A stretch of DNA of 64,000 bases from Eledone cirrhosa (GCA_964016885.1 OZ024741.1:137206001-137270000); one strand, 5' to 3'. Shown: positions 14,184 through 29,089, numbered from the stretch's first letter. Notes: generated by a model from the letters alone, not told the origin. Program-made: numbers and translations.

Positions 14184-16488
14184 ATATAAGATCAAAAGAT
14201 GGTTAAAAGAGTTCCATGTATTTTATTATGCGCATTTCAAAAACTAAATATCATCATGGGATGATATTTGCGTTCTCATCAGATAAAACTGGGAGACATG
14301 ATATGAAGCTTAAAAAACACTTGCGAGCAGTGAAGTGTTAAATCCACATATGAAAAATAAAATAAGATGGATATGTGAGATTGGGAAAAAAAGAAGGAAG
14401 GAGGAAGGAAAAGGTAATGAAGAGGAAGAAAGAAAATAAAGGATGACGGGGGAGGAGTATAAGAAGGAAGGATGAGAGAGGAGGAGAAATGAGTGAGAGA
14501 GTGAGAGAGAGATAGCCTTTAATACTGAGAAACACTGTCTCACAGAGAGAAATAAAAAAAAACCGTTGTAAGATAATACATAATTTTTAAAAATTTTGAA
14601 ATTAAAAGTTAATGAGGTTTATGAATGGTGATGTTTATGATTAAAGAAAAAGGAATTAAGAATAGTATTTATTTAAGGTTTATATATTGAAGGGTTTAAT
14701 AATATGTGCGAAAAGGAATTTATTAATATGTATTATTAAAATAAAAATATTAAGGAGATAAGGTGAATGAAGAAGAAATTAAATGAATATGTATTATTAA
14801 AATAAAAATATTAAGGAGATAAAGTGAATGAAGAAGAAATTAAATGAATTGTGAAATTAAATGAATATATGAACTTAGAGGAATTAGTTAGGGTCTAAGT
14901 TTGTTTCTATGAAAAAGTAAATAATAGGTTTAATACGAGCACGGAAGGAGAGACGAAAGAAGAAAATTTAAGGAAGAAAAAATATATAACGTCCAAAAAA
15001 ATGTTTACAAAATTTACTAATGGTAATATTAGTATATATTAAAAATATAGTTTGCATGGCCAAGAATATAAGGAAAATGCTATAGTGAGTAATAATTGTT
15101 TCTACTTTTGGCACAAGGCCAGCAATTACCCAGTGCATTACTGGTACTTTATTTTATCGACCCCGTAAGGATGAAAGGCAAAGTCAACCTCGGCGGGATT
15201 GAGTAATAATATGAGTTAAGAAGTAATTGAGAAGTAAAAGTTACAGATTAAAAGATTAGAAATTAAAAAAGAAAAAAGGAAAAAAGGAAAAAAGGATAAA
15301 AAAGAAGAAAAATAGGAGACCGCTAACGACATCCAGAACCGCTATCCAGACATGTAATCTCTGCCTAGCCGAGAAATTTAACATTATCTCTAATTTTAAT
15401 TCTATAATAAATAGACGTACGGATTTATTTTCGCTCTGCTTGCATAAATCCCATAGAACTTTCCATAAAGTATACAGCTAATATCTCATTACCTAATTAG
15501 TTTAAAAACTTCTTTTTGTCAAACGCTTTTATATCTTTTACAAATATACCCATCTTTCTACCTTATTTCAGTATATTATATTATACAAAAGGGTGGTTGA
15601 TTGGCAGTATCGGTAGAGGGTTGGACGCCATGCTTTCTAGCATAGAGTTACGTCCCTTTATGATCTGAGTTCAAATCCCGCCGAGGTTAACTTTGCCTTT
15701 CATCCTTACGGGGTCGATAAAATAAAGTACCAGTAATGTGCTGGGTAATTGCTGGCCTTGTGCCTAAAGTAGAAACAATTATATTATACAATTTACTCAT
15801 TCTATTTCGTTAGCGGTCCCCCTATTTTTCTACTTTTTTCCTTTTTTCTTTTTTAATAAATTCCTTTTCGCACATATTATTAAACCCTTCAATATATAAA
15901 CCTTAAATAAATACTATTCTTAATTCCTTTTTCTTTAATCATAAACATCACCATTCATAAACCTCATTAACTTTTAATTTCAAAATTTTTAAAAATTATG
16001 TATTATCTTACAACGGTTTTTTAAATTTCTCTCTGTGAGACAGTGTTTCTCAGTATTAAAGGCTATCTCTCTCTCTCACTCTCTCACTCATTTCTCCTCC
16101 TCTCTCATCCTTCCTTCTTATACTCCTCCCCCGTCATCCTTTATTTTCTTTCTTCCTATTCCTTACCTTTTCCTTCCCCCTTCCTTCTTTTTTTCCCAAT
16201 CTCACATATCCATCTTATTTTATTTTTCATATGTGGATTTAACACTTCACTGCTCGCAAGTGTTTTTTAAGCTTCATATCATGTCTCCCTATTTTATCTG
16301 ATGAGAACGCAAATATCATCCCATGATGATATTTGTTTTTGAAATGCGCATAATAGAATACATGGAACTCTTTTAACCATCTTTTGATCTTATATTATTT
16401 ATACTCCAGTCCTATAAACTGTTGAGTGCTACTTATCCGATATTTGCATTGCTTTATTGTGCTACAATAAAACTCACCTCCTACATTA
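14184..16488. mobile_element. PLE remnant, family E: inverted pLTR, endonuclease C-terminus, pLTR; a SINE in each arm (15093-15199 minus, 15590-15780 plus)
   Basis: Long inverted arms; 15353-15481 translates [32 protein letters not shown], a PLE C-terminal motif; TA flanks. Confidence 0.8.
14221..14288 (-). ncRNA. Type I hammerhead ribozyme (copies at 16292-16358 and 32737-32803, plus strand)
   Basis: UUUUAU CUGAUGA, long stem II (AAAUAUCAUC/GAUGAUAUUU), GAAA UGCGC AUA|AUAAAA. Confidence 0.8.
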
Positions 16489-16509
16489 TATATATATATA
16501 TATATATAT

Positions 16510-16718
16510 ATTGAAGTAAAAGTCAAGTGGAAATATCCAAGTGTAAGAGCACTCAGTCCATAGGACGAGTTTAGTATAAATAATTACAAAAGTGACATAA
16601 ACAGGTACTCAAGTTTCGTTGGGTTCTGGGCCTCAATTTCTTCAGCCTGTCAATGAAGAAATTGGGAACCAGAACCCAACGAAACTTGAGTACCTGCTGA
16701 TGTCACTTTTGTAATTAT
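16510..16718 (-). mobile_element. Short fold-back element with hammerhead
   Basis: Inverted arms 16580-16644 and 16655-16717, a ~70-nt tail, TA flanks. Confidence 0.75.
16601..16650 (-). ncRNA. Type I hammerhead ribozyme
   Basis: ACAGG CUGAAGA [stem II, imperfect] GAAAC UUGA GUA|CCUGU. Confidence 0.75.
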
Positions 16719-16730
16719 ATATATATATAT

Positions 16731-16918
16731 AGGAAAAAGTATGACCCCGACGGCAGATCTCAAGCAATTTCGACGGCTATTCCAGAAATAGCCGTCGAAA
16801 CGGCTTGAGCTCTGCCGTCGGAGTCATACTTTTTCCTATTTCCCACTCTACTACCCTAAGTATTGAGTACTCTGGTGCGTTATGGTCCATCTGGTTCCTT
16901 ACCACAATTCCTTTGTTA
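16731..16918 (+). mobile_element. Short fold-back derivative of the PLE at 48505-51490
   Basis: Matches the pLTR 3' end; similar copies at 12885-13090, 13163-13370, 27424-27551, 42008-42198. Confidence 0.85.
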
Positions 16919-17417
16919 TATATATATATATATATAAATATCTTCCAGCTCTGTGTACAATAATTTATTGTGTATTCATAATTACCAATTTAGAATGTCC
17001 CAAGCACATATAATTGCAACGAAACACGTGTCAAAACGTGTCAATAACTGAAATATTTTATACGACTCTTTCAGCCTCTGTGAGTTTCCCACAATTTCAG
17101 ATCTCTCTCTTTCTGTCTGTCTATCTTTCTCCATATATATATATGTATATTTACATATACACTGAGGTAGGTGTTTTATACTAGTGAATATAAAAAGTTC
17201 TAACATTAACTGAATGAGCGTTCAATATGGGTGAGCATGTTATACACTTTATTTTCTGAAGAAGAACAAGGCGGATGTGACTTTGCAGTATCATGAGGCA
17301 TTCCAGACACTCAAAGTCACTGTCACGTTTCTCTACAAAACACAAACACATACACACACACACACACGCCCACACACATATATATACTGTATATACATAT
17401 ATATATATATATAAATA

Positions 17418-17634
17418 CAGGGTGGGCCAGAATTCCTGACTCGCTTGTTAGTTATATTTCTTAACATGCTTATTTTTATCATTATTGTATTGTTTTAATT
17501 TATTATTTTATTTTTTAATATGCCTAGTATGTTTCTTAATTTATATTCCATTATATTCCTTAACTTGTTTTATAAGATTTTGTGTTAGTAGATCTATAAA
17601 TAATCAACTGAGTCATGAATTTTGGCCCACCCTG
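17418..17634. mobile_element. Tc1/mariner-type MITE
   Basis: TIRs CAGGGTGGGCCAGAATTCCTGACTC / GAGTCATGAATTTTGGCCCACCCTG; TA on the left flank. Confidence 0.75.
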
Positions 17635-17650
17635 TGTATCAATCTATCAA

Positions 17651-17851
17651 GTTTAATATAGAAATGGCTTCAAAAAGAATAGAACTGTTTCATTCAAAAG
17701 AGATTATTCTGATAATCTCTTTTGAATGAAACAGTTTTAGTCCTGTAGAAGCCATTTCTATATTAAACATGATGTTTAAACTCTACTAATGTACTAAGTA
17801 ACTTACTTACTGTGCTTACTTCCGATTGAACCCTGGACCCACCCCTCCTCA
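17651..17851 (+). mobile_element. Short fold-back element, family G, with degenerate hammerhead
   Basis: Palindrome centred near 17709; homologous to 37712-37900; core reads CUGAUAA. Confidence 0.7.
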
Positions 17852-18292
17852 TATATATATATATATATATATATATACTTATCTATATACAAAATTGACT
17901 AAACATATTGTTGTGCAACGATATAGCTTGCTTTGATTATAGAAACGTGTGTCTATATTTATATAAAAGTCCTCCTCACAAGTCCATGTAACCGCATACA
18001 CACACATAACCACATACATTCACATAACCACATACACTCACATACAACTGCTTACAACACCACAGAGCACCCCGTCTACTTATATATATAACGATTAATT
18101 CTTGTTATTAAACTCATAAATAAATTCATACAAAAAATGTACGCACGTACTCATATATACACATAGACAAACACACTCTCTCACACACACACTCTCACAC
18201 ACAGACACTTAGGCTATTATGTAGTCTCACATACATTTCTTCTTTCAACGGAGAAAATCTTCAAATATAGGCCACCATACATAAATATCAAG

Positions 18293-18438
<146 letters not shown>

Positions 18439-19135
18439 CGTGTATGTATGTGTGTGTCTGTCTGTTCGTGTGCACATATATTTGCATACATACTTATATT
18501 TATTTATTCATTTATCATTGTTTTTCTACATTTTTCCTTTCTACAGTTTCTCGAAGATTCTTTGATCCACGTGCTGCCGAATTGTCTGGGAAGCACTTAA
18601 GCAACTGATTCTTCAACAAAATCGGCTTAGACATCTTGTCACAGAACATTGACAAAAACCTGGATCAACTCAAAGCGAAATCAATTCAACAGATGAGCCT
18701 CACGTCTCTCTAGCTGCACGCAAGCTGAATGCTGGGAACTAACTATAAAAAAATCCCAAACACCAAACGTCTCTTTAAGCTGAGTGCATTTCCAACTGTT
18801 ACAGACATACTTGCAGCATTATCATCAAAAGTATTTGCTTAACAGAGCAAATTTAGTGGAAGTCGTTTATTCCCCACCTCCACCACCAAACATTTTTTTG
18901 TCTTATGCTAAGAACGTATTGACCTTAAATTGCTGATTTTATAAAATCGATAATATTGCGATTTCTCGTGAGAAGTCAATTGACAAACATAGCGGAGTTC
19001 TGAATAAAATATGAATATTTTGTGATGATTATTTGACTGATCGTTCTCTTATCATTATCAAGAACCAGTCACGCACTGGGTCGATTTTAATCAACATTCC
19101 TCTCCCCCCATATTGCTTGTCTTGTGCCTAAATTA

Positions 19136-19585
19136 TTTGGCAGTATCGGCAGAGCGTTGGACAACATGCTTTGTGGCATGAAGTTACGGCTCTCTAGGTT
19201 CTGAATTAAAACCCACCGAGTTTAGCTTTAACTTTCATCCTTACGGGGTTGATAAAATAAAGTACCAGTAATGCACTGAAGTCGATTTAATCGACTTTCG
19301 CCTTCCCTTCAGATTGCTGGCCTTTTGCCAAATGGAGAAACCATTATTATTTTACTGATATTGAGGGCGGTAGATTTAATGAGGGTGGTGGACTGGCAGT
19401 ATCGGTAGAGCGTCGGGCAACATGCCTTGCGGCATAAGTTACGGTCCTTTATATTCTGAGTTCAAATGCCGCCGAAGTTAGCTTTAACTTTGATCTTTAC
19501 GGGGGTCAATAAAATAAAGTACCAGTAACGCACTGGGGTAGATTTAATCGACTTCCCATCCTCTTTAAATTGTCGGCCTTGTGCA
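19136..19585 (+). mobile_element. Two tandem SINE family A copies
   Basis: Two head-body-tail units. Confidence 0.75.
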
Positions 19586-20294
19586 CTGGGTTCAAATCTC
19601 ACAAGCATTGACTTTATTTTTCATTCCATGTGGAGTCAATAACTTATGTGTCCTGAACCTCAAATCCATTCATGAAAAGCAACAGGAAATGAAGTTGCTT
19701 GATCAAGAAAACAACGCGTTATCCTGTCAAAGAATCGATCCCATGACCTTCTGATCGGGGATACAGCATCCTAAACACAAAAATACACACTTAAACATAT
19801 ACCCAGCTTATATACATTTTGTTTGTCCAGTTCTGATCAGACCCTTTTTGATGTTGTCGTTTTAATTACATATTACAGTATCTTTATTATGCTTTTAGAT
19901 TGTTTTGTTCATTGCGTTATTGTTTACGGCTCAGTTGTCGCGACCGTCCGTATTTACGTATTTATATATTTAATATTGTTTTAATAGTTTATTTTTTATA
20001 CTAATATCATTGATTCTTTCTAAAGCACCACATGATCGTCACACAACAGCTAGACAGGAGATTGCGTGATGTTAATCATTTTCGCAATTGTATTGTTGAC
20101 GTAAATGTAATGAACTTGTAAAAACTGCAAAAGAAAAATGGAAATAGAAAATGACTGCGTGGACGAATTATTTTACCGATTGAAACACACACAAAAACTT
20201 TATGTTTGTTTGAATAGTTAAAACGACTCTTCTACGTAGTAATTCTCTAGATTTCGATACGCGGTCTCGTTATTATACCTTTTCGCGAGATTGT

Positions 20295-20505
20295 GGATTG
20301 GCATAATCGTTTGAGCGCCGAACAAAATGCTGTGCTGTATCTGTTACGCCCTTTTCTGCAGTAAGTTTTAATCTCACCGATGCCAACTTTTTCCTTTTCT
20401 CTCCCGAAATCAATGAAACAATGTACCAGTCCACTACTGGGGTTGATTTAATCGACTTTCCTTCCCCACTAAAATTCCAGTAATTGTACTTAAATTAGAG
20501 ACCAA
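20295..20505 (+). mobile_element. SINE family A, old copy
   Basis: Diverged head and GTACCAGT..GATTTAATCGACTTT body. Confidence 0.55.
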
Positions 20506-21328
20506 TATCCTTATTTTGCTTTTTAACAAAATATTTGCTTTGAAAAAAAAAAAAAATATATATATAAGAACAAAACCAGAAACCTTTATATCAAGTAAGA
20601 ATAACACAGTGAACCTGAATTACATTCAAAAACTATTTACCACAACAAACTCGTACAACACTCACCCATTCACCACGATACTTATTCCTAATGTCTTTCA
20701 CTCATGTTGGCTTTTTTTTAGACTGACACTGTTTTTCTCTCCGCCTTTTTTAACCTTTTATTTAGTTTTCTTCGTTATTTGTTTGCTATGCTCATAGTTT
20801 TGTTATTTTGTTGTTTATGATATTTATTCATTATAATATACATCAACCGAATTACTTTTCTATTTCCTATTATCAAATGGTTTCTTCCGCAACTGTAAAT
20901 ATTCTGAAGTTATTTTTGACGATGACTCGAAGCGATAAGGTAGAAAAATACACCCTCACAATGAAATAAAAAAAGACAAAATGGACAACATTAACAAAAC
21001 AATAACAACTGCACACAGAAACAAGAAGCAAATCAACAACAAAACAAGCTCTGATAATACAGACGTCTACTTTATTTTGTCTTTTCACTACGCACGAATA
21101 GCTGTAATTTTTGAAGATATATTCTTTGGCGTAGCAACAATAATATTTCCTCTGTAGTATCTAACTAGAATTTATACTAACAACTTTGGCTCTGAATGTA
21201 AGTCCGTGATTGTTGCATTCAGAAATAGCTGACGTTTGCCATTATGTCTGATAAAATGTGGCAGCACTATTATTTCATATTAATTGTGTGTTCTCAAAAT
21301 TTCTTCTCGAAAGAATACATTTAGTTTA

Positions 21329-21607
21329 TTAACCCATTTGATACCAAACAACATGAAGCTACGCTTGCCTCTACGCCACAGAATTATGTGTTTTAACGAG
21401 TTTATATTTATCTAAAAACCGTCTACCATAATTTTATTTACAAAATTTTGTTCATGCATGTCCAACTATCAAGAAACACAACAACAAATAAAAACAGATA
21501 AATAACAAGAAGGTTAGTTATATTACGTAATTATTTCAAATTCTTGATTATTTTCAGAATTATTCAAAGTAGTGTCTCTCATTAGAAATATGTTAATGAA
21601 AGAATTA
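21329..21607. mobile_element. AT-rich TTAA-bounded MITE-like repeat (relatives at 24123-24661 and from ~62670)
   Basis: TTAACCC-type end; shared internal GATACCAAAC and CATATTTCTAATGA motifs. Confidence 0.45.
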
Positions 21608-22233
21608 GATGGAAATAGAAGGAAAAGAAAGGAGACGATCATAAGATTGGATCAAGCAAACCATAATGCCTTTGATCTTTCTTTTGCTGATACTGTTTAC
21701 CTGGCAGAAGGATGCCGGATATGAACTGTGAACTCAGAGAGTCATATATCGCAAAGTATCCCGGTCGACACTTAAACAAGTACGCCAATCAACCAGCCCT
21801 GGACTGGTACTTTATTTAATGTTGACATCCACGGGATTTGAAATCAGAATATAGACAGCCAAATTGTATACCAGGAGTAAAAGACCCCTAGTTTTTATTA
21901 GGACATCATTCTAGGAGAACAAAAACTGATGTAAAATCTGCGACTTGATGGCAGCCAATGATGTTGACCTGGTCTTCGTTTTGGATACCTGTCACTATTG
22001 TTTAGAGAAAGGGATTGGTCGAGTGTAAGGCTTTTCTTCACTTAAAAAAGCTCCAAGAACAGGCATCACTTGATCTAAATGACAGTCACGTGTGTTACGT
22101 GAGCGGGACATTCATTCTTTCATTCGTTGCAGTATATGCAGAAAGGAATCTAGGTCTTTGGAAGGGCTAAAACGTCAAGTCATATGTGAGAAAAAGGTCA
22201 AGGGATGGCAATTCACGAAACCGAGATGCAGCC

Positions 22234-22306
<73 letters not shown>

Positions 22307-23399
22307 GTACATTCTCATATATATGTCTATAGTCATGATGTTTTTTCCTCTCTAATATCGTAATTGAGTCCTCCCAGGAATTTATTTCTCGCATCATCGA
22401 GTGTATAGGGATTACCTCAAATCTTTTCAACTTGTGTTGTCTAAGTGTAAATACAACTTCAATGTTCAACTACTACTACTACTACTGCTACTGCTACTAC
22501 TACTACTACTGCTGCTGCTACCGCTGCTGCTGCTGCTGCTACTGCTGCTGCTGCTGCTATTACTACTACTACTATACATATATATGTGTGTGTGTGTGTA
22601 TGTGTGTGTATGTGTGGTGTGTGGGGGTCTCTCTCTCCATATATATATTTGTTTCTCTCTATATATACATGTCTATATAATATTGCAAATCACATGTACA
22701 CTATTCACTCCAGATATATATATTTCTATAGAAATAAAGAAAAAAATATATCCCTATGGTGTTGCCTCATGAATATTTTTATTTTGTAGCAAATAACATA
22801 AAAAATATAACTCAGCATTTCTTTTCCAAAAGTAAAAAAATTTTATGTTTCTCTTCTGAAATTAAATACGATTACAAAATATTTTCTGCCTGTTGGGGAT
22901 AACGACAAGTGTTTTGATGCAGCTTTACCTAAGTTTCATTTGTGAGAATCGCTATGTAAAGTGATTATAGAAGGTTAGATTTAACATTTGTAATGCGATC
23001 ACGGGTGTGTTAGTCATAACATCTGCAGGGAGACCAAAAGAGTTTTAGTCATAACATCTGCAGGGAGACCAAAAGAGGTTTAGTCATAACATTTGTAGTG
23101 AAATCAAGAGAGTGTTAGTATTGCCGAGGAACATTAACTGTATTGATACCAGCTGGGTTTTGGGGGCATGTAGATGACATGAAAACCGTTGTCATCCAGA
23201 ACACAAAAAGAAAAAAAAAATCAACCCTATGTCCTTCTTTATGACTGACCCCAGTGGTAAGTATTAATCAGGACTACGGAACCTGAAAATTAACGGATGG
23301 AATTTTATTGCATCAATGAAAGAGAAAAAAAAAGGGAGGGAGGAGAAGACAAATTAAGTAAAGAAAGGAGGTCAACTCTATGTCCTGGGCTGGGCTGTA

Positions 23400-23600
23400 C
23401 ATCTCTGATGCACCCCGCAAACAAAATTGTGTTAGCGATTCTGAGGAGAACAGATATCAGCACACGCTGCATCAGTCATTCCATATCACGGGGATCTTTC
23501 CTTCGGTAGGATGCACTTCTCTCGATTTTGCGGAGGAAAACGTCTGCCAGAATACAGAGGGATTCTGAGGTCTCGACGGTATGCGGCACGAAAAGAAGCG
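23400..23600 (-). mobile_element. CRE-like non-LTR retrotransposon C-terminal relic
   Basis: Resembles 62155-62340 in reverse orientation. Confidence 0.45.
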
Positions 23601-23727
23601 GTTAAAGCTCAAATACTCATGAATTTATCATTATCTATATTTTCTTATATAAAATATCTAAATTAGGGAACTGAATTGAACTGAAATACAAAATAACATG
23701 AATTTAAAAGAAGCGCTGGAGACTTAC

Positions 23728-23880
23728 CCAAGGCCACACGTGCTGATGTTGCTTCATGATTAATCCAAAACGACACCCATGACAGCATTACAATCAGAAT
23801 GGACGGCAAATATGTCTGGAATATGAAATATCCAATGTTCCGCTGTAACTTAAAACTCAGTGAGAGACGTTGGTAGTTTC
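23728..23880 (-). CDS. Exon of GABA-A receptor beta/LCCH3-like Cys-loop subunit (pre-M1, M1, start of M2)
   Basis: ttttcAG..GTaagt boundaries, 153 nt, phase 1/1; translates (G)[51 protein letters not shown]. Confidence 0.97.
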
Positions 23881-24760
23881 CTGAAAAAATATCATAAATA
23901 ACACATTTAGTAAAGCTTTTTCAACAGCACTCTGGCATCATAAGGATATTATCCTTGGTTCCTATTAAATATAAATTAGATTAGGACAGGAGATTGACAG
24001 AGTCAATAATTTGGATAGATTTAGTAATATAACTAACAATCGCATTATTAAGGTGTTTTGAAGCATAACAACAGTTCTTACATAAAAGTATGACGTGAGT
24101 TTTGTAGATAAATATGAACAGTTTAATCCTGTCATTACCATATTTCTAATGAAATATACTGAAAATTATTAAGAATTTGGAGGGAATTAATAGTATAACT
24201 AAATTTCTCATTATTAAGTTTGTGTTTGGAATATAATTGAAACGATTCTTACATAAAATTATGATGGATGGTGTTTAGATGAATAAAAACACTAATAAAC
24301 GTTTTTTTTACGTAGAACCAGGGGTGGTTTGATATAAAGTCTATTAAGTTGGTGTTTGGAACATAACTTAACAAATATTTTTACACAAAAGTATGAGGGA
24401 TGGCCTTTAGATAAATATAAATACTTTAAAACCAACAGTTTTTAAACATAGAACATAGTGTAGTTTTACGGGGTTCGGTATCAAGAGAGAAGCCCAATCT
24501 TCAGGAAGATTTCGTATAATAGCATGGAAGTTGTCCTTTTCCTATGGAGTAACAAATAGAATTTTGATAGAAGATTTTTTGATAAATATAAACACTTTAG
24601 AATACAGTTTTTGATGTAAAACTAGGGGCGGTTTCATGCGGTTTGGTATTAAAAGAGTTAACCTCAATATTCACAAGGCATCCGTATGTGTCATGAGTGG
24701 TTGCCCCCTCCCCATGAACTTAGTAAAAAAACTAAAAAAACCCAAAGAAGCATATTTTAC

Positions 24761-24898
24761 CTGTTGTTAGTTTCTCAATTGTTACTACAGTTTTATATTC
24801 TTTAATGTCAAACTGTGGAAGTTCAACCCTGTCAACACCCATAACTGCATCTTTGCCGTTGCGCCAATACATAATAACATCAACCATGGTGTATCCAT
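24761..24898 (-). CDS. Preceding exon of the same GABA-A receptor beta/LCCH3-like gene (ligand-binding domain, after the Cys loop)
   Basis: Polypyrimidine-gcAG..GTaaaa, 138 nt, phase 1/1; translates (Y)GYTMVDVIMYWRNGKDAVMGVDRVELPQFDIKEYKTVVTIEKLTTG and joins in frame to 23880. Confidence 0.96.
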
Positions 24899-26061
24899 CT
24901 GCAAGGAAAAGAAAAAGAACGGTTATAGGATTTGATTATAAACTATACATCACAAGATTGCCAACTCCATTTTAACGTTTTCGGGACCAGATTCCTAAAA
25001 AAATACATTATTTGAATCATAAACAGCAGTAGAGTAAAGGAGCATTGGCAAACTTTTCAATATATTCGTCCCAACATAAATGACAAAGGACTATAATAAT
25101 ACAATATTCTATCACTATAAATAATGGTTGAGGAAATCGTGTAAAGTACCCTCGGAGACGGAATAAGTGGACAGAGGCGCCAGGGATACTATACCTGATT
25201 TTTGCAACTATGATTTATAACGATCGACTAATATTATGGTCATTTGTGTCTGACGCACACATTTCAGATTTCTAATTGCATTAACTAATGAAGGATCTGG
25301 AGGAATTTACAAAAATTGTTGTTTCATTATAAAATCTGAACGAAGTTAGCTTTGCTTTTCATCCTTATAGGGTCGATAAATAAAGTACCAGTAACGCACT
25401 GGGGTCGATTTATTTGATTTTCCCCTCCCTCAAATTGCTGGCCTTGTGCCTAAATCAGAAATAATTATTAAAAGAGTATTTGTTACATAACATAATTTGC
25501 GATTATAACTTAAGTTTCTTATATAAAATTATGATGGACGATTTTAATTCAAGCATGAAGGTTTTAAAATAGATTTGCTTCATAGAAACATTTATCAAAA
25601 GGGCTACTGAAGAATATGGACAGATTCACTAAAATTATTAATGATTTGATTATCAAGATGGTATTTGAAGTAGGTGGAAATTCTCAACGGGGCTAGCAGA
25701 CAGCAGGAGGATCTTCAGAAGAAGAACTCCCTTCAAGCAAGTATTTCGTCTCTTGATTATCTCCTAAGATTCTAAGGGAGCCGGGGCCCCTAGGTCACGA
25801 CTCCTAGGTGTCCTCATGCTGTTTCGTCTCCTCCAGTATGTGATCTTGTTCTCCATTCCTGTGGTTTACACCATTCAGCCACAAAGACCATCGGCAGAAT
25901 TAACACCAGCTTAAACATAACCTGATCGGTACATAAGTAACATAAAGCTGGAAAGTTTCGATTCAAATGGAACCCTTTTTAAAATGGGTGCATTTGTTTC
26001 ACAGAACCAATTGATTTTATGGCGGATTAAATCACCTGTGGATAGCTTGACATAGGATAAG

Positions 26062-26112
<51 letters not shown>

Positions 26113-26178
26113 GGCGATGGAAAGTAGTTATGTTGATTATGTTATGGGATTGGATAAAGAAAAATACCACGGGGGCGC

Positions 26179-26209
<31 letters not shown>

Positions 26210-26239
26210 TGTATGTATGTATGTATGTATGTATGTATG

Positions 26240-26520
26240 TCAGGTCACCAATTGGTGCTACTGGTAACATGTATCCCAGTACAACCTGTCCCATGGTCGG
26301 GTCGTTGGCGACTAAACTGACAACCCCATCAAGGTTTCTTGGTGAGGAGGGTGACTTTGGACATCCTGCAGGACTAAAAACAAAACCTGTCAAAGGGCAA
26401 AGGAGCTCTTAAGAGTCAATGGCCATCCAAAATCACCGGGAGAGATGACCCCTTAGCCTTTGTCAAGGCAGAATTCTAGGAGAAGGAAAACTCTGATATA
26501 ATACCTGCAACCCTGATGGT
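26240..26520 (+). mobile_element. Probable RTE-type LINE 5' UTR fragment
   Basis: GTCGTTGGCGACTAAA and CTAGGAGAAGGAAAACTCTGA motifs, recalled from RTE 5' UTRs. Confidence 0.45.
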
Positions 26521-27345
26521 ATCCAATGATATTGACTTGTTCTTCTTTTTGGTAAATATCATCTTGGTTAAGAGAGTGGGACTGGCTTTGTGCAGTGCCT
26601 TTGCTCACTATAAAAGCTTCACGGCACAGCCATTGCTTTATATCTGGAGATCTCTCTGCACTTGTCGTCACATGGTACCATGGGCCCAGCACTATGTGTC
26701 AATAATTGTCACAGGTGTAGTGTTTGTACCAGAGTTTTCAAGTCGCTGGCTTGACTAAAAAGTCTCACTCGTCCAGCGCATCGGTAGGGGTTCTCCTACA
26801 TGGATATAAAGTAGTGGCCGTACTCGAAAACGAGTTGGCAGCCACCATGTATGCATGCATGTATGTGTGTATGTATATGTATATAGGTATGTATGTGAAG
26901 TAAATCGGACAACACACACACTGTCTATTTCGTGGGGTAAGTTTTGTTTAATTTTGTATTTCCAAACATCTAAATTCGACATATTTTTGCCCCACTAGAC
27001 TCTGAAAATAACCTGGCAGAAGTTGTGAAAGTTGCATAAATATTTTTATATATTTTCCCAATGCAATCGTTGTTTACATTTTATTTGTACACTAATGCAT
27101 TTTAATCAAATATGGCTAAATTTCAAATTTTGAAAAGAAAAGAAAACGGACAAATGAAATAGATACATTTCTCTGCTCCCACCACCACAATTACGTCTAC
27201 ACTCTCCTCACCACCACATTTACACTCACACAAGTCAATCCCCAATCTATTTTTAGACTAAAGTCACTGATCTTGCAATCTGGTAACCAAGCTCCCTTAT
27301 TGTGTTGAATGTGTGTAGGTATATATATATATAAAACCAAAGCAT

Positions 27346-27426
<81 letters not shown>

Positions 27427-27570
27427 AACGAGTAGGACTTGAGCTCAGCCGTCGGGGTCCTACTCGTTCCTATTACCCACTCTACTACTCTAAGTATTGA
27501 GTACTTTGGTGCGTTATGGTCCACCTGGTTCCTTACCACATTCCCTTCGTTATATATATATATATATATA

Positions 27571-27983
27571 TTGGGCCATGTTGCCAATACGAAACACACG
27601 CACAAGTTGCTTTCACTCCAATTTATTATAAATTAAAATTTTTTATAAATTTCCGGTTGGTTGGTTGGTTCCACAACCGGACGGTTGTTCATATATTGTC
27701 AAACTTCTTTCGTCACACATTCTGTGACCTCATCAGTGACCAGGGATTCTGATGATGTCACAGAATGTGTGACGAAAGAACTTTGACAATATATGAACAA
27801 CCGTCCGGTTGTGGAAACAACCAACCAACCGGAAATTTATAAATTTTTTTAATTTATAATAAATTGGAGTGAAAGCAACTGGCGCGTGTGTTTCGTATTG
27901 GCAACATGACCCTCCCAAAGTATAACAATATCGGTTTCAACACACGTTTTCAGATAAAGAATCTTGCTAAACAAATCCAGAAA

Positions 27984-27987
<4 letters not shown>
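27571..27987. mobile_element. Fold-back element, family B, with hammerhead motifs at 27698-27740 (minus) and 27749-27787 (plus)
   Basis: Palindrome centred near 27745; CUGAUGA cores in both arms. Confidence 0.8.
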
Positions 27988-29058
<1,071 letters not shown>

Positions 29059-29089
29059 GTGTGTATACATATATATATATATATATGTG

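Noticed and set aside
22401-22772. Poly-Leu ORF resembling a signal or membrane protein
   Set aside because: Encoded by (CTA)n/(CTG)n trinucleotide repeats.
23013-23110. 35-bp tandem repeat resembling a CRISPR array
   Set aside because: Simple minisatellite with no unique spacers, in eukaryotic context, and no cas genes.
23380-23600. GC-richer intron segment as an extra exon or editing-complementary sequence
   Set aside because: Better explained as a CRE-like retrotransposon relic similar to 62155-62340; only short chance matches to the exon.
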